From Podarcis cretensis (lineage: Eukaryota), in NCBI GenBank assembly GCA_951804945.1, contig OX638149.1, positions 83,328,001 to 83,392,000 on the forward strand: a stretch of DNA of 64,000 nt, read 5' to 3'. The notes beneath the pieces are model-generated. The model had not been told where the DNA came from, did no database searches, and saw nothing but the letters and a program-made list of their open reading frames with translations. Positions within the stretch are counted from its first letter, which is position 1; each line of letters opens with the position of its first letter. The translations under genes were made by a program, and so were the position numbers. Positions 26,301 through 39,100 of this stretch are shown here, in pieces.

Positions 26301-29300
26301 TTTGGGGTGACCCAATGCAAAGATCCTGAGGATCCATGTGGATCCATGCTTTTTAACCACGTTTTTGCACCATTGCAGCCCCAGGCAACAGTGGGTGCGT
26401 GATTTTGGGGGGGCAGGCTGTAGCCATGGACATGCTATGTGATCTGGTGGTGAATTTGGGGTGACCCAATGCAAAAATCCTGAGGATCCATGTGGACCTA
26501 TGCTTTGTAACCACATTTTAAGTGGGGAGCGAAGGAAAAACAAATAAGGGACATGAGAGGGGTGTGCAGAGAAGCAGCTGGCTAAGAATGCAGGAGAGGG
26601 ATTTAACGGGAGGGAGGAAAGAAAGGCAAAAGTTTCCCCCNNNNNNNNNNNNNNNNNNNNNNNNNNNNNNNNNNNNNNNNNNNNNNNNNNNNNNNNNNNN
26701 NNNNNNNNNNNNNNNNNNNNNNNNNNNNNNNNNNNNNNNNNNNNNNNNNNNNNNNNNNNNNNNNNNNNNNNNNNNNNNNNNNNNNNNNNNNNNNNNNNNN
26801 NNNNNNNNNNNNNNNNNNGCACAGAAGCACAGAGAGGAATTCCCCTCTGCTTGCCTGGAGGGAAGGGGCTTTCCCTGCTCTTTGTTCCGTTTCAGCAAAC
26901 ACAGCAACGAAACGGAGGTGGGTGGGCAGTAAGACCCTGCGGCAGAATGCAGGAAAGCATCCACTTCCTCTTTTCAGTTTTCCCTTCTCCGTGAAGGGCC
27001 GCGATTTGATTTTTGCCTGATTTTTCGGCTCCAGGGACCACACATTCGCTCTATAACACGCACAGACATTTCCCCTTCCTTTTTAGGAGAAAAAATCTGC
27101 GTGTTATAGAGGGAAAAATACGGTAATCGATTTTGTTATTAATACCAGGATCACCACCGTTCTTTCATTACTGTTGCTGTGGGCTTGGAGCCGAGTCTGC
27201 ATATTCCAGTCAAATCATGAGGAAAGATTGCTTGTTCTATCAGGGATACAAACTGGGAAAAGTTTGGGGTCAAGCCAAGTGTTTGCAGACACTCCTCTTG
27301 TATAAGATGAGTCGTTTTGCCTGACTCTTGTTGAGATGAAGCAGTAGGCCCTCTCTCATCCTTTGCACTGAAACGTTAATGTCAACAATGTTGCTTTTGC
27401 ACAGGGACTGCACAGTGCCAGTATTCCTGGCATCCTTGCTCTTGACTTGTGTCCTTCTGACACCAACAAGATCCTCACAGGTATGTTAAGACTTCTGTTT
27501 CAGTTCCTTTCCTGAGTAAAATGTTAGGACAGTTTGAGCCATGGGGTCCTTTGCTCTCTTCAAAAGCCACCTCTTCTCCTTTGGTTCCATGCTTAGGTAT
27601 GGGCAGATCAACCTATTTTCATTCCGGGTTACTTTTGCTTGTGGTTGATCTTGGGTCTACCCTGTCTGGGGTTTTGTAGATTAAAATGAAACTACAAAAA
27701 CATTTCAGATATTATATACATTTGTCCTGCAAAATACTCATTTCTGTATGCTTTCCAATGCATTTCTCCCTAAAAATACTCATTTTTCTGTGAATTTTGT
27801 TTTTGCAATGCATGAGCCCCAAGACAATATGTGCTGAAGGAGTGTAGGGTGCTCTCCTTCACTGGGCCTTTGTGGTCTCTTTGTTTTCCAGGTGGAGCTG
27901 ATAAGAATGTTGTTGTCTTTGACAAGACCTCAGAGCAGATCCTGGCGACACTGAAAGGTCACACCAAGAAGGTCACCAGTGTAGTCTTCCATCCTTCCCA
28001 GGTAAAGACTGTTGTTTGTTGCCTGCCCCATTCCCTCCACCCCACGCCCCTTATATTTATTAAAATATTTAATATAACTTTAGTGTGTTGATGAATTTCC
28101 TCTGCAGTTGCCTGAAACAATTGTATGATCTCCCTTGAGGTCCCCTTATAGATAGAGAATGCACTCCATAGGTCCTCTTGAGCTGATGATTAAGGACACA
28201 ACTGTTCTGAATTCAGTAAACAAAGCTCTTGTTTCAGCCTAACTCTTCGAGCTTTATTTGCTCTCCCCTGCAGGAACTGGTGTTCTCGGCTTCGCCAGAT
28301 GCTACTATCCGGATCTGGTCAGTCCCCAGTGTTTCATGTGTGCAGGTTGTGCGTGCCCATGAGAGTGCCGTGACAGGGCTGAGTCTCCATGCCACAGGCG
28401 ATTACCTACTGAGCTCCTCTGATGACCAGGTGAGATCGAAACCAGAGGTGGTCAGGCCCAGATTGTGTTAACTGCAAAGCTCTTTATGTTACATGACATC
28501 TGCAAAATGTGAAGCTGCACTTGTATATTTGCTTATTAGCTTTATTTTAAACATTTCTAACTCATTTTTTAACATAACAATTCTTCCAAAGTGGTTCACA
28601 CTTTAGAGATAACAATTAATAAAACAATCTAGTTCACAATGAAAAGATACAAACATTGACATTTTTTAAAAAATCCAAAACATAAAACAGTAAGGATTAG
28701 TTAAAGAAAGTTTTCCAGAAGAAACATTTTGCCATATACAAACCCTCCACCTTTCCTCTCTTTCAGTATTGGGCTTTCTCTGACATCCAGACAGGTCGTG
28801 TTCTCACCAAGGTCACAGATGAAACTTCTGGCTGTGGTAGGGGCTCTGCATTTGGTATTTTGGTGAAACTTGCTTGGGAGAGGGGAGAGTCTGCATGTTT
28901 AGTGTGGTCTGGTTTGGCCATAATGTTAAACCGTAGTTTAGTGTTCTGAGAACAAGCATAGCTTTCCTCCAGCCTTGTTCACGCCCCCTCCAGTACAGCC
29001 TCAAGGAGGAATCCAAAAATTGCTGCTTCTAGTTTTTGTGTAACCACAGCTTGCAGTGTTGGCTGAACCTGGACAAACTGAGTTGTCACGACTGTGGTTA
29101 ATGGAAACAAGTTAATATCAAGTAATAGTTTATTTGCTTATTTCAGCTGAGCTTATTTAAGATTAATCACAGTTTAGCATGTTGCACAAACTCTAAACTG
29201 TGGTTAATCTAAACCAGAAGTAGCAGCTTCTAGTCTCCTTATGATTGCACTGGGGAAGAAGGGAGATGAGCCTTGTGCGGAGGGCTAGGCTCATTCTCAT

Positions 29301-31434
29301 AAAGCTGAAACATAGATTAGCATCATTCCTAAGCACAGCTCATGTTTTGATACATGGGTGGGAGAAGGCTGGGTAGGGACTTCATTTTCCCATAGGAATG
29401 GCTTTCTCTCAGCTTTGTGATGATTCACTATCTCCTTTCTCTGCAGCTCTGACCTGTGCCCAGTTTCATCCTGATGGGCTTATTTTTGGGACAGGAACAA
29501 TGGACTCTCAGATTAAGATCTGGGACTTGAAGGTGAGAAAAGGCTTGGAATATTGAGCTTCATGATATCTACTTTAAGGATAGCTGATGATGTTATGTGA
29601 CACACATAGAATATTCCAAAGTGCTTTATAAATGCCGACTCCTTGTCCATGTTACTGAATGATAAATTGCATAAAAGCTAGGCTTGCACAGTCATTTGAG
29701 ATCTCAAAAGCCTGCTCAGCAATAACTTGTAACAGGGCTTTTGGTGTGACTGTCCCAGTTCTGTGGAAGAGCATTCCTGTTGATATATGACAGCCATACG
29801 CTACCTGCACTTTTTGGGAAAAATAGAAGACATTTGTGTTCCAACAGGCTTTCCTAGGTGGATAAATGGGTATTTGCCAGGAGTGTCTACTTGTTAGGGT
29901 TTTAATCTTGTTTTAAATGCACTTGTTGTTTTAACTGCTTTTGAATATATTGTGTATAAATTGCCTTGAGACGGTGGTTTCAAAAGTAATTGATAGACAT
30001 TGATTATAATGGTACTAATATGAGCAAGAAATACTCAAGAGGTGCTACTACTGCCCATTCTAGAGCTCGAACTAGATTTAGAATAGCCAAAGATTCTACT
30101 AGTATCTTCTAGATATCTCCCATAGTTTTTGTTATGTGAATGGTGCCACAGACCGCCTGAGTGGGTTACGCAAACCCTCTGGGGTCCACAGACCACCAGT
30201 TGGGAACCACTGAGACATCTCACACAGATGTCATGTGAAAGTGGTGCTTATTAACATGCTTAAATTTTCTGTACAATTTCAGCAAGAGTCTTCTAGGGCC
30301 CCCTACTGCAAGTTCTCCCACATCAAAAGATTCATTTTAGTTTTGCCACTGAATACTCTTTGGAAGCACTTCATCTTTTCTTTCAGCAACTCTTAGCCTG
30401 TATTGGGGCCCACTATTGAAAGACCAGTTTTAATTCTACCTGAAAGTTGCTATCACTTCCCAAGAGGAGCCAGACTCAAAATGCCATGCAGAAAGTATGC
30501 CACAGGGAGGAAAAACTCACTCTTTTATTCACTGTGCAGGCAGGGAAGGTGTAGAAGCTTTGTATCCTTTGGGAAGACAAGATCAGGCCTAACCTGTCTC
30601 TAACACATACCGACTTGTTTTTCTCAGGAACGGACCAACGTTGCAAACTTCCCAGGACACTCTGGCCCTATTACTAGCATTGCCTTCTCTGAGAATGGGT
30701 ACTACTTGGCCACTGCTGCTGATGACTCCTCTGTCAAACTCTGGGATCTGCGCAAACTGAAGAACTTTAAGACCCTGCAGCTGGACAACAACTTTGAGGT
30801 TTGTGTGACCCTCTCTTGCTCTAGTAGGCCTGTATTCCTTCCCTTTCTTTTCTTGACAGCACTTGGAGTTTTCTCAGGTTCCTCCCCATCATTTTAAAGC
30901 CCAGTGCAACCATTTTCTCTACACTTTTGGCAGCTCTCTGAACCTTGCATAGCTGTTTCCTCTAGTTTGACACACCTCCTTTAAATGGACAGAGGTTGCT
31001 ACTGCCCCAGCCTGAGAGGACTGGGCCCAACTACTTCTGAAGTGGATGTGTTCATCTCAAATACCATTTTTCTCTTTAGGTGAAGTCCCTCATATTTGAC
31101 CAGAGTGGCACCTATTTGGCCCTAGGTGGCACTGATGTCCAAGTCTACATCTGTAAGCAATGGACGGAGGTTCTCCACTTCACAGGTAAGGGGGGTTCTG
31201 GGTCCTGTGTGCCATTCTTGAGGGGCTTTATATTCAGACATTTGTACTGTTGGCCAGTATCACTGTTTGTGGTGTGTGAGGTGACAAAACAATGAAATAA
31301 TTTCTCACTCAACTGTCTTTGTTTCTTTTCCTACAGAGCATAGCGGCCTGACCACAGGAGTGGCCTTTGGGCATCATGCTAAGTTCCTTGCTTCGACAGG
31401 CATGGACAGAAGCCTGAAATTCTACAGTGTGTAG
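16502..31434 (+). CDS. PRPF19: Pre-mRNA-processing factor 19 (U-box/coiled-coil/WD40), 504 aa; exons 16502-16520, 22021-22170, 23137-23213, 23541-23682, 23786-23859, 23946-24008, 24409-24450, 24615-24689, 27405-27480, 27892-28001, 28274-28429, 28767-28836, 29447-29532, 30628-30798, 31080-31185, 31337-31434
   Basis: 16 GT-AG exons sum to 1515 nt in frame. The translation [41 protein letters not shown]...[12 protein letters not shown] is recognisably vertebrate PRP19. Confidence 0.98.
18361..18653. mobile_element. Tc1/mariner-type MITE (family 2), left end clipped
   Basis: Homologous to 21274-21585; ends GGCACCACTG-TA. Confidence 0.8.
19040..19583. repeat. GC-rich 118-bp tandem repeat (~3.7 copies, each with two inverted repeats) ending in a DNA-transposon TIR
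   Basis: Units start at 19040, 19158, 19276 and 19394. The terminus CCCTATAGGACGAAAAATACGG-TA matches the TIR of the 25378-27123 element. Confidence 0.85.
20309..20358. repeat. (CCTGCT)n microsatellite
   Basis: Read directly from the sequence. Confidence 0.9.
21274..21585. mobile_element. Tc1/mariner-type MITE (family 2), full length
   Basis: TA-CAGTGGTGCCTCGCAAGACGAA ... TTCGTCTTGCGGGGGCACCACTG-TA. Confidence 0.88.
25512..26517. repeat. 154-bp tandem repeat, ~6.5 copies
   Basis: ATGTGATCTG(A/G)TGGTGAATT-like unit starts at 25512, 25666, 25820, 25974, 26128, 26283 and 26437. Confidence 0.95.
26641..26818. other. Assembly gap (N run)
   Basis: Run of Ns inside the satellite-bearing element. 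Confidence 1.
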
Positions 31435-33116
31435 TTTCTCCTACCAGGATGCGTTGAGAGCAGAGCCTATTCTTCACTGTAGTGTTAAGATAATCGGGGC
31501 AACCATGGGGCACATGGGTGGGGGGTGGGAGGGAGATGGGGGAAATAGGGTGCATCATAGCTTTTTATCTTGGTTCAGGCTACCTGTAGAATGGAAAGTT
31601 GAGCCCAGTACTAAATGGATTTGTTTTCCTCTGTTCCTTCAGCTTTGTCTGTGCTGTGATTGTAACAATATTGAGCCAAACCCATCCAGTGTTGACCATC
31701 AAATGAGGGTTGGTGGCAGGAATTAAGGCTGAAGAAAGGGATGGGGAGATGTGCAGGTTTTTTGTATGCAACTCTCTAGTTTCATTAAAAAAGAATATTA
31801 AACTATTACCATTTAAGTGTCTAAATAAGCAAATGCACAGGGAAGTTGTAGCTCTCTCACACACTCAAGCATAAAAACATTTCAGCCTCACTGACTTAGG
31901 TGAGGGTTGGTTTTTTTTTTTTTAAGTACTTTCATATCACTAGAAACTTACGTTAACATACTTATCTACCTGTATCAGCAAATGTGGAGGGCAATACACT
32001 TTTAGAGAGTGTGGTGTACAGCTAGGAAACTCCCCACCCCCAGCTGGAAAGCTAAGATTTGCTTCACACGTAATCAGGTGTACAGGTTCAAAAAGTTGAA
32101 AATAAATTCCTTGATAGTTGAGACAAAGTATGTTACAGCCAACACTAGCTCTATGAAGTAAAGACACAATGGAATGAAATATCAGGCTATCACTTTCCCC
32201 TTTATGCACAAGAAAGTAAACGTAAAAGGGATGAGAATGTATAGTGACAGACCAAAATCTGAAAGTGGGACAGACATTCCCCTTGCCATGCTAATGAGCT
32301 CCCGGTTTGGATGGGAACTTCTAGCTTGTTGTAGCCCCCGATGTTTAACTAACTGGAGAGTAATGGCAAGAATTGTAAGACACTGGAGGGTTGGCCCTGC
32401 TTTTATTGCAAGCAGTACTGTGGACCAGTTGTGTTCTATCTTTGGTTGTCACCTATAAGCTTTTCTCTATGTAAGTAATCCATGCAGTGGAGAATAACTC
32501 TCAGGGCTACAATACAATTCAACTTCTTGGGAGTAAGCCCTTTGAAACAAGTGGGACTTCTATGTATCTTCAGTATACACTGATCAACATGCATGGAATG
32601 CACCATTACCCTCAATTGTTGATATTAGTCTACATAAGGAGAGGCCTGCCAGATTAGACCAATGTCGCATCTAGTCCGGTGTCCTGTTCTCACAGTGGCC
32701 AACCAGGTACTTGTATGAGAAACCCTCAAGTTTCTGTGTGGAAATGGTTCTCTTCTTTCATGTTCTGGATTTGTTCTAGATATTTACTCATGCTTTTATT
32801 CAAATCCATTCTGTGGAGAGGCATATTTGTTTCCTCTTGCAGCAGAATGGAGGAACTGGGAATAACAGTTCTACAGATCAAGTATCTACCATGATAGGCA
32901 CCATTAAGAACACAAAATATTGTATTTCCAGGCTTATAAGCACAAGAAGGGGTCATATGAAGCACTGTCACCAGGGATGGTTCCACTAAAATTATGTAGG
33001 TGATGGGGAGGAAAGTGGACATGCCTTTAACTTTTCAGCAAAGAGATTGCATACCTGGTCATTTAAGCAGCTGGTATGTCAGAAGAATTACTGGAAGCAA
33101 TGAAAGTTTATAACTC

Positions 33117-33122
33117 TTTAAT
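33117..33122 (-). terminator. Probable ZP1 polyadenylation signal ATTAAA
   Basis: Lies ~23 nt after the ZP1 stop codon; ZP transcripts typically have short 3' UTRs. Confidence 0.5.
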
Positions 33123-33144
33123 TCTATGCATTTTCCCATCAGTA

Positions 33145-36100
33145 CTAGAGTTTTGTCACTCTGCTTCTCTTTTTCCAGAGTACGATCACAACAACAAACA
33201 AGATTACACCCACTAAAGGCAGTGCCACCAAGCATATCAGGGCCAGATCTCCACTGGAGCTCATGTCTGTGGAAAAGAAAAGAGGCTTGCACTTATTTGG
33301 CAAGATTTATGTACAACTTAATAAAAAAAGGAATCTTAAGTGGTTTCCATAAAGTGGTATAGATAATTTAAAAATCGCAATTAAAACTCTAAAAACAGTA
33401 ACCATAATAAAAGCAGTAGATTTTTAAAACATACATGATAAAATTACAAGTTCTGAGTAAGCTTGCTCAAACAAAAACATTTTTAGCAGACATCATAAGC
33501 AGTACAATGAAGGGTCTGCCCAATATCAATAGGCAATAAGCACTAGAGAACAGAACATAGGAAGCTGCCATACATAAAGACCGACCATTGGTCCATCCAA
33601 CTCCGTATTGTCTACATTGACTGGCTGCAGTTCTCCAGGGATGCTCTCCCAACCCTACCTGGAGATGCTAGGGTTTGAACCCAGAACCTTCTGCATGCAA
33701 ACAAGCTCTGCTACTGAGCTAGGTCCTTCCCCGGCAAGTACTGCTACATGAAAAAATGTCATGCCAAGAGCAGAATGAACACTATGTGGCACTTGTAAGG
33801 GTGATAGTTACAGATCAAAGCTGGCACATTTGGGGTATGGCAGTCCTTTGCACCTCCTGAAACATTTGTGCCATCCATGACTTCCCTAGCCAAGGACCCA
33901 TGGTATGTTCTATTGGGACAAAGCTAGTAGAGTATACTCTGAATAAAACCACATCTGTGAGACATAGTTTATTATGTGCATGTTCTCAAGAGCTGCCGTG
34001 CTCACGGTAGGGTGCTCACCTGAGCTGCTGTTGCTGCAGCTTGTCAGGAGAAAGCAGCATGGTGACAGCAAATGGTGTGAGTGCACTTTGCTCTTGCCCC
34101 ATGCCCCACTGATAAGCCATGGTGACACTAGTGATGGGAGGGCAGATAAATGCCACGTGCCCTGCCGAGCAGTACTACTCACGAGCTAAAAAGTTGTGAT
34201 ATTGTTAGGAGGACATTGGTAGTCATGTTTATGACTTGTGACGCCCCCCCTCCCCCAAGTTTTAGTTGGCTGCTTCAGGCATAAATCCATACAGAGTTTG
34301 TATCTTACAAAGGACTATATATAAGATGACTGAAATTTAGTGTTGATGGTGAAACTATGTTAATACCTGTTCAAAAATATACAGCATTTTCATCATTTCA
34401 ACTCACTCATTGGTCCCAACCACTGGTGCCAACCACCAATTACCTTTCTTCCATTTGGCTTGTTTATCATGAGTCTGGCTGCTTTCTTGAAAGATCACAC
34501 CTCCATAAGTGCTTACTAGGTCCAAGGATTCTGTCCCATTGCCTGTCTTCAAAAACCGACGACTTCCTAAAAAGGGAGTTGGAGAAAGAAACCAGGTATA
34601 AAGAAACCAGTAGGCCACCTTGTGCCATATACAATTTTGAAGGTAAGAAGGAAAAGGAGCACAGCATTGATCATATTGTTAGAGCTGGAAGCTTGTAGGA
34701 GGGCTATGCCCTAGAAACCCATTTATACACCCAATGACTAGAGACAGATACAACCCTTTATGGAAAAAAAAGTATTTGCATTCTGAATGCTTTACCCCAG
34801 TAAAGAACCATAGCCAGACCCCTACACATCAGGACTGACGTTTTATTGGGGGGGGGGGGTTGCTGAGCCCCAGCATCACATATCAGCAGGCCAGCACTGC
34901 TAAGTGGGAAGAGATGGATCTTCATTTGAGGTTAGGAGTCAGAGCACCTGGTTGTTCGAGTGTCCTTGTATATGGGCTGTTAGAATTGGTGGTATGTGCC
35001 AGCAGCCTAGTTTCAAGGTTTGTGAAGAGAGGCAATGTGCTGTTAAAAATAGCACATAAGAGCCACTTGAACAGGGAGTGTGTTTATCAGGTACCTATTC
35101 ATTCATACTTTGTCTCTAGTTGCAGCTCATCAGCTCTTAGTGCTCTGCATTTATGCCCCCAATTCCAAGTTCAGTACCAAGATCTATTTTTGTTTACTAG
35201 TCATGGGCAGTAAGTGCCATTTGTGCATGCTGGAAATACTGGTGGCAGCCTATCTGGATTCAAATAAGCCTTTTACGGTATGACAGCAAAGCCATTTGGA
35301 CTTACTTGCAGCCACTGGCATTTGACACGTGTTCCTGCAGGGCTGCAGGTGAGAGGGGTGGCAAACAGACAGACTGCAGAAGAGGTACACCTAGGAAAGA
35401 CATTGCATTAGATAAGCTTGCTAGCAGAGGAGTCAACCCAAGTCGTCCAAGATATTTTAACAAAATCCTCATGGTCATTGACGTAAACATTTACAAAGTA
35501 CATTATCTCCTTACAGTTAAAGCATAATTCTAAATGTGCATTAATGGGAGTGGGAGGGGAACCTCTGGCCCACGGACCTAATCCTCCTAAGCTTGCCAAG
35601 CCTCCTAGTTTTGCCCCACTGCCATGCCCACCTGCCGCTCACCTGACAAGTGAGGGACATGTAAAACATGCTGCAAAGGAACATTAAGAGTGTTCTCCTG
35701 ACAGTTCCTTTGCCAGCATGGCTTGCATTCAAGTAGAATTAAATTCAGCACCATTTCAATTTGGCACCTAATGCAAGCCATGCTGCCTAGGGTCAGATCC
35801 ACTCAGGGACTCTTGACTGCAGCTTACAGGGGGATCAGATATCTACCCAGAGCAAGATAGCTTGCATTTTGAGATAAATTTAAACAGCTGAATTCAGCAT
35901 TCATCCTACTTCTGCTCATGTGCCACAGAGCACCTGACTGAAGCTCATGGACCACTTAAGGTCTGCAGACCACAATTTCGGAGCCCTTACTCGAGCTCAG
36001 CTGCAGTAGGAATTCTGTCTCTTACCAATCCATCCAGCACCATGTAATTGGCAGAATCCACAAATGTAAATGTAGCAATGGTGAAACGCTGGTAATGGTC

Positions 36101-39100
36101 TGGAAACTGCAGCTGAGACGTGGCAGGCCCCATAGGAACCATCTGGGTTCTGTAGTTATCGCCTTCAAATGGGCATCTAGGGAAAAGAGGCATTGCCATT
36201 TGAGCAGAGAACAGTAGGTGGCAATCCATAGAGAGAAACCAGCAGAATTCCTCCTTCCTACTTAACTCACCCATCTGTCAGAATTGGCCACTGCAGCTTC
36301 TCAAGGGGGTTAGGGGTCGGAGTAGCCCAGCATTCATGCAGAACCAGAACCAAGGACGGGTCCATTCTCTGCAGGACGCGAACCTCCACATACACAGGGT
36401 CTCTCAGTATCTTCACCACAGGATAGTCTGCATCCGCGTAGTAGGAGCTGTAACTGTAGTCTGGGTACAAGAGGCAAAGCAAAAGTTAGCACCTATAAGG
36501 GACTTCAGATGGAGCACCGTTGGAACCAGAAGCTTTGGAAGCACACCTACCTGTAGCAATACGCAGTTCAAACCGGAGAGGCCCCATCTGGATAACCGGA
36601 GCAGGTGTGGGAGGAAAGAAGACTTCAACCTGAACTGGCAAGAAGTCAGTAGCATTGTAGATGCAGCGAGTATTGAGGCTGCATATGGAAGACAGGACAG
36701 CGGAATGATGCATAGTCTTGCCATGTTCAGTAGCTTTGTCACATACCTGAAGTTCTCAAAAGATTCTTACATTTTCCTCGCCAGTTAGGCAGTACATCTT
36801 TTTTGATGTATATATCCCTGTTAACACCCCTTTCAAACAATACTGGATGTGACTTAAATTACTGTCTTCCAAAAGCACTGTTGATTGAAACCACACTTAA
36901 AAAACCACAATTTTCCTCCACATGTCTCATTTTTGAAGCAAGATTACTCACTTGAGCACCTGGAATGATTCTGCTTATGCACCTGAAAAGTAGTTTGCAA
37001 CTAACAGCTGTTACCCTACGGGAAAATCCAAATTACAGTCGTACCTTGGAACCCAAACGTCCGACGCAGCTTCCGATTGGCTACAGGAGCTTCCTGCAGC
37101 CAACTGGAAACCGCGCCTTGGTTTCCAAACATTTTGGAAGTCGAACGGACTTCAAGAACAGATACCACTGTACTTCAGAAGACTGCTATTCAAGCTTAGC
37201 AGTACTGGGAACAGTAGGCCTGCCCTGATTAGGACCAGCATGATGCCTCTTAGACATAGTATAGAGAGCAACCACCACCTCAGTAATGCGTGGGAAAGAT
37301 CAACTTACATGAAGGTGCTGTCCCGGGTAATAAAACCATCTGGCCCCCTTAAGATTTCAACGCCCGAAACCAACTGGTTTTCATATATCAGTCTGCCACC
37401 AGTCATCTAGAAAGGAACAGCAGCACATGTATAATTCTTTTTATCAAGCTTCAAGGTCCAGATGAAGGGACACTCACCTAAGATGCATCCTCACCTGAAT
37501 CGTCGTACCACAGTGTGTGAGAGGGAAGTGGAAGACCAAGAAAGACTCCGTTTTCCTGACAGGGTCACATCTTCCTTGGGCATAGGACAGTTTGACACTG
37601 TCAAGGACGATGGGGTAGTCCAACATATCCCTGGAGACAACCAGAATGAAGTGGCCATCTCGAAGGCATTGGACAGTGACTGCAAAGCACAAACATAACA
37701 CAAGAGTCACAAGCTGGAATTTGCCATCTTTTGCAGAACCTGAAACTCTTGTGTTTCAAAAGAAATATGAGCTTTCTGTCTTCTCCTTGCATAAATCTGG
37801 GGCAGGCTCTATTCGGATTGAGGGGAGGACTTCATTTTTCAGCTGCCCTAAAATGTCAGGAGTCAAGTTCTCTATTTGCTACTAAGTCACACAATTCCTA
37901 TTAGGAAATGATCACAGGCCTTGGTTTCTCCATATGAATCAATATACAATTGACACTGCCAGTAGAGGAAGAATGGGTTTCCTGGGACAGAGAGAGCCCT
38001 AACCGTGACAGCTCTAGATACTGTGAACCTGCAGCATGAGCCCAGGTTCACAGGTTGCACTATAGTCATATTAAGCTGTCCACTGAATTGCAACATCACA
38101 TTTCCCCAGACGATGGACATGCAATGGTACACAATTTGTTTTCAGAATTTTATACCTTCAGACATCGCTTTATACACCAGCTTGTTAAAGTTATACACAC
38201 AGCAGTGTTACAATTGCACCACTGCCCACTGAAAACTTTTAAAAAAATGGTCCTTCAAGGAAAAAAACAAAACCAGCAGGTACAGGAGACAAGAAAGGGG
38301 AAAGAACAATAAAAATATTCTTCAAATCCCTTCCCTCAGGATATGGTTTCCACATCCTGCCATGCCTATGTGTGGAAGGTACTGTTTTATGTTTTTCTGA
38401 GATGGACGATGGCTTTCTATGTTTGGGAAACAAGAGGAGGGGTAGAATCTGGAATTTGGAGGCAACTCTCCCTCTGTCTATCCGGCTGTTTTTGGCCCTG
38501 GTGAGATACTTCTCAGAGGGTTGGTGGTTCTCTGGTGGGGTAACCACACACAATTTTTGAAAATGTGGTTTTGGCAAAATGGGTAAAAAACCCCACATGC
38601 TGTTCAATTAAAAAAAAACAAAAAAAAACCCCCACACGTTTTGGCCACTGTGAAACATGCTTAAATGTTTGTTTGGTAGAGGTCTGTTGTTGCACAATTT
38701 CACAGACAAAATATTTCTTTATAAAATATCTGCATGCATGCCCCAAATGACCTGAGATTTCTAGAGCTTCCAGAGAATGAATGAATCTTTATCTGCATCA
38801 GCCACCAGCCATAGCAATAAAACACACAATATGATATACAAAGAGAGCAGGAAGTAGAAACAGAGGGAACCCCACCCCACAGCACAAATGAATCCCTTCA
38901 AGCAGAGTTTAGAACCCTGAAGAGCCTGGGACGGGAAGGTAACTCAAAGTAACCCCAGCTAGCATGGTATAGAAGCTGTTTCTACCCCACTTAATAAGGA
39001 CTAATTTAGATGTTCTTATTGTGCAGTCACAATGATTTACACTCATGATGCTACCGGAGCAGTCACATGCAGCCCAGCTTTCAATACTATTTGTGCCAAA

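Larger units (their letters stand above)
25378..27123. mobile_element. Non-autonomous TIR DNA transposon (TA target, Tc1/pogo-like) carrying an internal 154-bp satellite, in PRPF19 intron 8
   Basis: TA-CCGTATTTTTCGCTCTATAACACGCA ... TGCGTGTTATAGAGGGAAAAATACGG-TA. Confidence 0.85.

Noticed and set aside
25512-26517. CRISPR-like appearance and repeated ORFs
   Set aside because: This is eukaryotic intronic DNA with whole-unit tandem repeats, no unique spacers and no cas genes.
26169-27043. ORFs containing X runs
   Set aside because: They are artefacts of translating through the N gap.
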